Part shown: piece after piece, positions 54,501 to 64,000 of the stretch
How the letters are laid out: the number at the start of each line of letters is the position of its first letter
How positions within the stretch are numbered: the stretch's first letter is position 1
DNA from: Trichoplax sp. H2
Taxonomy: Eukaryota
Direction: 5' to 3'
NCBI GenBank assembly: GCA_003344405.1
Contig: NOWV01000171.1
Span: 53,558-117,557, forward strand
DNA length: 64,000 bases
Program-made: the position numbers and the translations under genes
Notes under the pieces: model-generated
Told to the model about the DNA's origin: nothing
The model's input: the letters and a program-made list of their open reading frames with translations, nothing else
Database searches by the model: none

Positions 54501-57500
54501 GCTTACTAACAATTCGTAAATGGAACGATTTATGGCTTCCAGAATCACTCAGTTGCTTCTTCGAAATAGTTGGAGCAGCATATTACCAGCCTACATTCCA
54601 ACTAGTAAGTATAGAAATCATAACCTACAATGTATGCTGTATTTCATAATTCTCACATAACATTACTTCAAAGCCATATCATGGAATCGATTATACTCAA
54701 AGAATATGTTTATTGTAACCTATGGTTTATCAAATGACGGTTTACAATAGCAGAAATACCGAATTAAAGTGTTAAACTTTATTTACAATATTTTGGTGGG
54801 ATCTATCCCTTCGTATATCACAGCATATAATAAATTTGTTACTATAAATTATCTGATGATGTTGCTTTGGGATCTAATTATGCTTAATCTTGCAGATGGG
54901 TCAATTCATTGTCGATCATGTTCAGTTAGCTCAGAGAACAGAAGGAGTGCTTAATTCTTACCCCTTAGTATCGGCAACGGAGCATTCCCTGACGTTTTCG
55001 GATCCTATTTATTGCCATAAGGTATCATATTTTTTAAGCAATTAAAATAAAGTTATTTCAGAACATAAACAAATTTAATTAATTTAATTTAAATAGTTTG
55101 AACAATATCGTAAAAGTTTTGATTTAATATATCATGAAGAATGATACTATAATTTTTAGATTTACGTATAACTCTGCATTTTTTATTATTAGCTGTCTAC
55201 TTATGTTAATCGTAATCCATGTTTGTTATTAGGGAGCTGCACTATTTCGTATGTTGCAAAATTACATAGGCGATACCAATTACCTACTTGGAATTACGGT
55301 TGTTACATTATTCTATAGATCAAGTTTGATATAATCTCTTTAATTTTACAAGTTATCATGAGCCAAATTATGCGATCTTCTAGATCAACCATTCTAGTAA
55401 AGATTTGACAACTCATGTGACGTAAAGTAAATTATGGTATGACTTTCTTATAGGATTACTTGAAGTATCACGCATATCGATTCGCGAATGCTGCTTCCTT
55501 ATTTAATGCATTGACTAAGGTGAGTAAATATATTGGTACGAGACATGAACGCTTGCGTATAGTCTCGATAACCGTTGTTGCGAACGCTTTACTATTAAAG
55601 TATATTAGATATAGAAGCCAATATAGGCTGTTCGGAGCTATTTATGACTCTCCTGAATTTAAGATTTCAGCTTATCGATGCAATATAACTGTCGCTCATA
55701 TTGAGATTAAGAATTACATAAAGATCTAGATTACTATACATTACAGTACCGTATTTCACACACTTTAGCTAGAAAACGATTAGTTAAGATAATGATGTGC
55801 ATGTAAGTAGTACGGTAATATATACGAATTCCAGCATAGGCAAAACAGCTCAGTGACAAATAATCGTGCTGTATTAATAGCACCAGTATGATGTTGCTAT
55901 AATTTCATTATGTGTGGTTAAGTAACTAAACTGTCATTCCTGATTGAATAATGTTAAGGGTAAGGCTTATCTTAATACATCTATGTCCAATTCCCTTAGG
56001 CAACTAAGCACCAAAAAAATGTAGCTAATTTCATGCACCCCTGGATAACTCAAAGAGGCTATCCCATAGTTATAGTCCAGCGAGATCCACAAAATATTGA
56101 CGGCGCCGTTTTAACTCAGCTTCCATTTACTTCGCCAGTTTGGTCTAAAAACAGGTATTTTCAAATTTAATCAGATTATCCGTTTTCTGTAATCATGTTA
56201 TATAATTGAATATAATTGAATACAAACATAACCAAATTTTAATACTTTAAATTAAGGCAAAGCTAAAGTCTACATTTAAAGATAACTATTTCATTCATAC
56301 TACATTCTTTCAATTGCTCACATTAAAGTATTTTAATAATGCATTTTAGTGATGGATGGCACATTCCCTTCACTTGGTATTATGGAAGCTCTCCCAATAA
56401 TATCTATCAAAAAGTAATTAACAGGACCTCAGGTATCATGATCTAATTATTATATCAATCTACTTTTAATTAAATATATACTGGCAATGTCCTATAGTCC
56501 AAGTACATCTATTTATAATATAGACTTTTATTATAGCTACTAAATAAAAATAAAATTTTAGTAGTATCACATACAAGCATGGCTATTACCTAAAACCTTG
56601 GTACAATTATAGCTTTTATAACACATTATCTGATTTTATTCCAGCAACTACTAAGATTTCTTGGCCCAGAAATACATGGATTAAAGCAAATTTTAATCAG
56701 TATGGATACTATCGCGTAAATTATCCGCTATCAAATTGGCACGCTATTTCATCTGCTCTTCAGTCTAATCCTCATGTAAGATAAAAAATCGAAGTTACAT
56801 AACAAGTTACGATCTTGTTAAAATTTTATCGATCTATTTACGAAGTTAACTCTGATTTTTATAACAGCAAATGACGAAATTAGATATCTCCAGTTTAATG
56901 GATGATGCTTTTGAGCTTGCCAGGTAAGATAATCTATTATTTCGCTAACCAAGAAGTTTAGTGAGTGCTATTAATTACTTCTCTAGAAAATACTTACTGG
57001 ACTGTTTAAATAGTCACATAGTATATTGTAAAGTATGGTCAGTAAATTAAACCAATATCAATTTTCCTAATTTTGATCAGATATAATTATTTCACTAAGA
57101 GAATAGCTAAGTTACAAATTATCACGTTATTTTTATTGGTAGATAAGATACGACTTGACTGATACTGATAAATGAGGTGTAAGAAAGTACAACATAACGT
57201 TTCAGAATTAAAAATTAAACCATCTTTAATTATTTTTAGTTTGCGAAATTTAAGCTACTCAATTCCGCTTAATATGACCAAATATTTAAAACAAGAAACT
57301 ACTTATTTGCCTTGGAAAACAGCCAATGTACATATGATGAATATCATGCAAGCATTTCTACTTCGACCATCGTACAATGCGTTTAAGGTAATTCTTCAAT
57401 TAAAACGTGTTTCATATGCTAGTATCCTATTTAATATTTACGCCATTGGTATAGTTTAAAGTGTCATAACTAGTGCTTTCTCATTAAGTCTTTAGCTGAG

Positions 57501-59701
57501 TTTTAAATGATCATCAAGACTTGATAGCTATCGTATACTATTGCACGTCTAAGAATCATTTATCATTGAATGTACATTTTCTTTTTATTCTAGAACTATT
57601 ATACGAAAATTTTAACACCCGTGATCACCGTGGTTGGTTATCAAGATACAGGACATCATAACCATAAGTAACTAGCTCGCTTAATTATTTAATATCTTGA
57701 TTTTATTTTTAACTAACAATGACTCAGTTGGTCTTAACTGATAATAGTAATAGAAATATTTTTGCTATAATAATGACATTTATGAATTCGGATGATAGAT
57801 TACTCCGATCTCTCGTCGTTAATTCAGCCTGTTTACTTGGCAATCAATCCTGCATTAATTATGCTTTAACAATGTTCAGAAATTATATGAATAATCCTGC
57901 AAACACAGCGTAAGAGTTAATTTCTACGAGATACAACCTTTGTAGTAATGATTAAATTATTGCGCAATAGATATTTATTTAGTGTATAGAGTTATTTCAT
58001 GCCTCAAATAATCTTCTCTAGAATTCCAGCAAATCTGCGATCGGTGGTATTCCGTTATGGTATTCGATATGGTGGAGATGCAGAATGGAATTTTCTCTAT
58101 AACCATTTCAAACATGCTTCAAATCTGAATGATAAAATTAGAATGATGCGTGCGCTATCATTTTCAACCCAGAAAGCTAATCTTCAAAGGTAAGAAGCGA
58201 TTCTCCCCTATTGTTACTATATCAGCAACTGTTGTGATAAAATAAAACACCTGAAGATGTAAAGTACAGTAGAGAGACTTTATAGTTTTTGCATAGCTAC
58301 TGTATATATTATTATCAATAAGTAATGTACAAACAAGAACTAGGGTGCTTTTCTGATATGTACATTTGTGACTTTTTACGAGATTCTGAGGGTAACGTTG
58401 AGACTAACATTTTTTTCCTAAATACTGCAATATTAAGATAAGACTGAATCTCAGAAGTATAGTGTATGGTTAAATTACTGTAAGCTAATATTGCCGTGTG
58501 GATTATATCCAGTCTCTAAATTTACATTAATTAATTTTGGAGGGCTTTATACACTAATCATATAATTAAAAATTACAAAAGCTTCAATTTATTTAATTAA
58601 CACCCAATTAATATAAAATAGACGTTGTAAAATTGTTTATACACAGATGACGTAAATATATCAACTATATTTACGGTATTTAAATAAATACTATTGCAAT
58701 ACCTTATTTCATGAATGGCTACCTTTTAGTTAACATGTACGGTAGTATTCAAAAATACAGAAAGTTTGACAGAGCAAACAAAATTGTACTAAACTGTAAA
58801 GTAACACACTCGGAAAAAATTTACATTAATGTAATTAAAGGCGATTACAGTATGTCGAAGATATGACATAAGCTGAAGACGAGCGAAAATATTTTTACGC
58901 TAGCATTCAGTTCATTATATTACGGACGTAAATAGGCCTGTATGTAAAGAAATTTAAATTCATATATGGAGTAAATCAGTTTAGCTGTAAGAAATTTAGG
59001 CTATTCGATATTATCGCTTAGCCATTTATCTATTATTAATAATATAATTTGATATGCGACAGTAATGCGTATATATTCGCACATTATTTTTATCTTAGGT
59101 ACCTGAACGATTCTATCGCAGATACACTGAATCCATCATACACACTAACAATACTTGACTGGGTAGCTCAGCAAGATATTGGAAGGAGCATAGCTTGGAA
59201 TTTCGTACGGGCTAATAAAAAATATTTTATGAACAGGTTAAACGGGAAAACAGTTCTCATATGATAATCTTTACGTTGGAGGATATGCAGTAATTTTCGG
59301 TTATCGTTCTCATTAATAGTAATTGCTAAATGACAATCTTTTTAGATTTGGTACCGTAAGGGTCCCAACAGCGTCTATTTCTAAGCACTTTAATACTCAA
59401 TTTTTATTCAATCAGGTCGGTAATAAATGCTTTAGAAATGGAAAGCGAATCTTTTAATTTCATCACAACATATCGATTTCTAATTGTAGTAGTACCATGT
59501 AGTCAAGTTGATGTAGTATTGATCTTGCACTCTTTCATATTGAAGGTACAACAATTTATGACAGCTAACCCCGACAAAAAGGTTAATGAATTTCCACTTC
59601 CTAAGAAACAAACGATTCTTTTTAAGGTGCAAAAGAATATTGACTGGCTTCAGCACCACGAGACAACTTTGCAAAAGTGGTTCAATGATAACCTCAAATA
59701 G
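51563..59701 (+). CDS. Aminopeptidase N-like paralogue (APN-B) with degenerate catalytic motifs, a predicted pseudo-enzyme. Exon 1 is 51563-52347 (cytoplasmic tail, TM segment LLAITIVVLLIAIIGLVVGLI, Ser/Thr-rich stalk, ...SKYPAMNNSRLPKQIIPVQYWFQLEI...). Exon 2 is near 53085-53290 (..SQSQPNYARRIIPCFDEPSFPAVF). The catalytic-region exons lie at 54120-54300 and 54480-54600 (ALPTFTADTTANWGVLIYRE ... VAYQIAQMWFGSLLTIRKWNDLWLPESLSCFFEIVGAAYYQPTFQL). Further exons lie near 55460-55510, 55985-56150 (MHPWITQRGYPIVIV), 56640-56780, 57720-57910, 58000-58190 (GGDAEWNFLYNHF) and 59050-59260. The terminal exon ends ...TLQKWFNDNLK* at 59701.
   Basis: The same domain order and the same exon-1 boundary as APN-A (both end ...-AT|gtaagt after a Lys/Arg-Met), so this is a paralogue. 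At the two catalytic signatures APN-B reads DTTAN for GAMEN and YQIAQ for HELAH (both zinc-ligand His and the catalytic Glu are lost), and WLPESLS for WLNEGFA. Confidence 0.8.
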
Positions 59702-62700
59702 TTTAATTTTAAATTAACTTCAATTTTAAACATGGTATTATTTATTTATTCATTTAAGCACATAGAACAGTAAAGACTGATACTTATGCCAGAATTTGGC
59801 TTCAATAATATTTATTCTTACTCCTTATTCGATACTCCATTATTGAATGTAATATTTATCGTACTTCTATGAGTATTCTATTCCAAATAATATATTATTG
59901 TTTCTGTATGATTTATGCAATTCTTTCTAAATTTTAATAGCGCAAGTTACTGTGTAACAGCCACTTAGTATTATAAATTCCAATATAAAATTTTGTTTTA
60001 TTTTGTTTCAAGAGTATGTGTACTTATCGTACAGCACATTATGTGATTCATTGTGCTGCACATTACGTGATTCATCCCTTCAATATTGCATTGTATAGTA
60101 AAGTAACTACGTAAAATAATAATACCTCATACGACCAAGATTAATGCTGTACAGCAAATCTAAAGTTTGTATGCAATCGTTAAATATTATCTAATCAGCT
60201 TTTACAAAAATATATCAATATAGCCATTTACAGTTGCGTTGCTATACGATAAGTTTTGTGCATATTCTTTGCTCTTGTGCCTATGCTTGTATATATACAC
60301 ATTAGTGTGTGCTGGTATGATAATATGAAAATGGATAAAATCTTAACTACGATTGATTGCCATTTATGTATTTATTTACATATTTATTGATCATTTATAA
60401 TCCAAAATATTATGACTTAAGTGCTACAACCATTATCAAGTTGTTACAGTATCAAACAAGTTTGCAGTTATACCTTTATCAAATGTTACCAAATAAAGTA
60501 TGTATCAGTTATTGCAGTAAATGCAATTGTAATAACGCTAAATTTTCGATGTCTCCCAAGCTTTAAGCTATATGCAACGTAACCTTATTTAATACTTGGG
60601 TAAATGAATACACTGATTCAATCTAGCAGTAAAATACTCAAGAAAAGATAATAATATCATAAACACGGGGAAAAATAGAAATGATAAAAAGTTTAATGTG
60701 CATGCTATTGAATATTGCAAGAGCCAATAACAAAAAATATAAAATTGTTAATCGAATACACAAGTAAAATAGCGTGTAAAGTAGATTAAAATACTTGATT
60801 AGAGTATCGCTGTATACATTGTAGTAAGACAGAGACTAGTGAAAGATAAGAGAGAAGGACGGAGCGCTCATCCCACTCCATCAAGAAAGGAGTCTTGCAG
60901 TACAACTATTAAAATCAATTTCATTGGAATGGTGATCTGCTAATATTATTAGGCTAAAGGTCTTTTCTTATTAATTATATCCTCAAAGAATCAATTAAGC
61001 CATTTCATTGTGATGAATATTCTCCTAAATACCTAACCAATTTAATACGGTATCTATTACACTGACATGTAAGGGCTCTATTATAGTGTCAATAAATTCG
61101 ATCATTTAACTAATTGTCTTATAGTACGCTGATATATGGTAAACGTCTTAATGATAATTATGGATTACTAACACTGCTAATAAAATTATAGCATCGTAAA
61201 GTATTCCTGATATAACGAGTAGGAAGTACGCGTACACGTATATTCAAGATTAATTTAGATTGAATCATATGGGATCACATTACAGACATCAATTAGTCGA
61301 TATAATAGTACCATAGTGTGATTTAATTAAATTATTGATAACCTAATTACGTACACAAATCCATAAATATAAACCCTAGTTATCCTAAATCTTATTCCAA
61401 GATCATGTTATGAATGAGGTTACAAACTTTTCGTAATATGCACGTATTAAGTAGCAATTTCTACATACGAGCATACTGGCTTATATACTGCATTAATGTT
61501 TGTCTTTAAGTAGCTATAAATTATTTCATTATCACTATTATTTGTAGTAATGCAATAGTAAACTTGCTCTAAAATGGATTTTGCTCTTCACTAGGCAAAT
61601 TAAATGCTTCAAGAATACGATAATATAAATTGAATATCCATATAACCATTCACTATCATTCCTATTAATGTATGAATTCCTTAAGAATACTGACAAACAG
61701 AATGCCGTAATGTAACAAAATTCGCTGATGATTAATTTGTATTTGACTGCATATGTAAATAAAGAATTACTAAAATTACTCTACCGAAAGTATCTTTACA
61801 AGCTGTACAGTATAGTATAAGGTATTAATTCCAAAGTGATTCCAACATGACAGTTCCTGGCTTAATCTTACGTTAAGTGTGATATTTCGGAAGGTTGAGA
61901 GTTCGGCATTAGTCGCAATAAAGCACAATAGAATAGTTAACCAAAGAGTAACCTTTATTGAGCTAGTGTAAGAGAACAATCGTGTAAGATTATCGTGCGA
62001 GTAAGGACGTGACTAGTCGAATAACTATAGTAGTGTAGAATGGGTAAAGCGTGCAAGCTTACCGTGTAACTACCAGAACTAACTAACGAGATAGACGAAA
62101 GAAGATAGCTTTTATAATGTTCCTTAGGAGCACAGCAGGAGGAAATTATTTATAGGCGCGAATGATTCTTGGAAATAGGTTACTTCTGTGTTAACGCTAA
62201 TGCTACGGTATAAGTTAGCTAGAGTACAAGATATTTCCACTGAGTAAATTGTTAAATATAGATCATACATATTTAGAATTGTGTTACGGTCTTAGAATTA
62301 CGCTACAGTCTAGTGAAAACGAATACTTTTACTAAAAATAGACTATATCGTATTTAGAAGTAAACACTACATTAAGCGCCTTTATTTTATGAATTTATTG
62401 TGGTTAACAGCCGTTTATTGATCCTCAGCGGAATAATCGCTAACTGCTTATTAATGGATATTTTAGCGCTATCAACCATTCCTACTTCGCTTTTTTCTAA
62501 AGCAATAATACTTCCTGGATACGATGACCAATAGTTTTGTACTTGTAATTGTTATTATTAAAGGAAATAGTTGATCACGAAATGACCGATTGTCAGTGTT
62601 CACCTCATTCTACTCGTAAATTGAGTTTGAAATCGTATGCTCTGCTTTGTATGCTAAATTGGGTAATATATGTAATTTGCTTGTCACTACGAAAAAAGTT

Positions 62701-64000
62701 TATTTAAACATGAGAATAGGTTCAAATTGTGCTACATTGAAGCGATCAACACCCTTCGGGCAATCTAGTTACCAATGTATAAATCCTGCATTAACAAAAC
62801 AGGAATCCCGTAGTAATCTTTATTTACACTCCTATAGGTCTAATTTAATCTTCTAGGAAAATATAGGATTTGTTTTTCTTCAGGTGTTGGCAATTGTTTT
62901 CTCTGCCAAAGTCATTTTGCTAAGTGAATTATTTAAAATTCGGCTTTGAAATGAGATCATTTTACTCTAATCTCGGTCCAGTGATTAATAACGGCCGACT
63001 ACTAGTTTTTATTTAACAATAGATCGAAAGGAATAACTGCTTTGAGAATTGCGCTCAATAAACTCTTAAACTAATGACCCTAAATTTTCACAAATAATAA
63101 TGATCAAAGCAATGATTCGTAAGCTTTGTCTATAAAAATTGTAACAGTATCAGCATTGTAACATAGGATTTTCCTAGACTTGATTTATTTATTTACTAGT
63201 AGGTGAAATTTTTTCGAGATTTGCTTGCCACCATCATCTCTGAGATCTATATTTCCTACTTTTAAACTGTTGAGTACAGCGTGAGCTTCTGTGGAATACT
63301 TTTCGTTCGAAAGTATATTGTAAGTTAATTCGTAACTATTCTTCTGATTCTTTGTTTTGTTAAAAGTAAGATAACGGATACTCTAATATGATCGGCAACA
63401 ATTAATAGATATTGTTTATGCCACTTAATAATTATTGCGAAAGAGAATACTAAGATATGAATCCTGTTCGAGGAATTGATAGTCGAACTGTATTAATAAT
63501 TGCGCGATAGTAGAGTGTTTTTAGTACAATTAGAACAATTTTGTTGGTGATGATGAGAAAATTCATCGCTTTGGCAAATGACGACAAGATCAACTTACCG
63601 TTCGAGAACGCTAATTATACATTAATTAATAATCACTTGTATAAAGGACTACATTACGTTGGTAAGTGATTAGCATTACTATAGTCGGCGAAAACTTTAG
63701 ATTGCAATGTTGTGGCTGTGAAACATATGACGACTATTTCAACAAAGACATATGCTGTATTTCATTAACATTGTTTACATGGGTATCATTGCACATATCA
63801 TTAATAATTTTAGAGAAAAATCTTGAGCACTATTGTCAACGACCATAATTGCAAGCTACAATGTGCAGAGTAATCCCATTATTCTAACTTAAGCGTTATT
63901 TTAATTGGCTACTTTTAATTTACTTTATACAACAATAACTTGGATCGTTATTGGAGGATAACTCTATATTTGTAAATGATCCACTTCGCTTTGTATTTTT

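Overview
This window is AT-rich (roughly 30-33% GC) eukaryotic nuclear DNA with spliced genes, most likely from a compact metazoan or invertebrate genome. Splice sites are canonical GT...AG with gtaagt or gtatgt donors. Recognisable exons are short and do not form prokaryotic-style long ORFs, and I found no rRNA, CRISPR array or convincing tRNA. I can support seven protein-coding genes by motif-level reading of the translated exons:

- Ankyrin-repeat gene, minus strand, about 936-4064, built from 33-codon ankyrin-repeat exons.
- Riboflavin kinase, plus strand, 7660-9826, a complete 4-exon, 155-aa model.
- An NAD(P)-binding extended-SDR or fatty-acyl-CoA-reductase-like gene, minus strand, about 12.6-13.6 kb (partial model).
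- A PRMT3-type protein arginine methyltransferase with N-terminal C2H2 zinc finger, minus strand, 18785 to about 22726.
- A large TEP1 (telomerase- and vault-associated protein 1) orthologue with TROVE-VWA-NACHT-WD40 architecture, plus strand, 24336-39423.
- Two M1 aminopeptidase N-like type-II membrane protein paralogues arranged head to head: APN-A on the minus strand (40325-46593) and APN-B on the plus strand (51563-59701).

The most interesting observations are these. First, APN-B has replaced both catalytic signatures (GAMEN becomes DTTAN; HELAH becomes YQIAQ) while keeping the N-terminal tail, transmembrane segment, Ser/Thr stalk, domain-order colinearity with APN-A and shared exon-1 boundary, so it is a likely pseudo-enzyme. 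Second, a palindromic pentanucleotide microsatellite (TGTAC)n, seen as runs of 'tactgtacagtacagtac', recurs in nearly every intergenic or divergent-promoter interval and in APN-A intron 1, and is embedded in an 85-bp satellite. Third, a 144-bp hAT-type MITE with CAGGG terminal inverted repeats and an 8-bp target-site duplication is inserted into that satellite. Fourth, a perfect palindromic Maf/ARE element lies about 225 bp upstream of riboflavin kinase. Fifth, several small foldback or tandem duplications are present, including one that duplicates the 3' splice site of an ankyrin exon.

Regions 4.1-7.4 kb, 10-12 kb, 13.7-16.5 kb and 59.8-64 kb contain no coding signal I could recognise.
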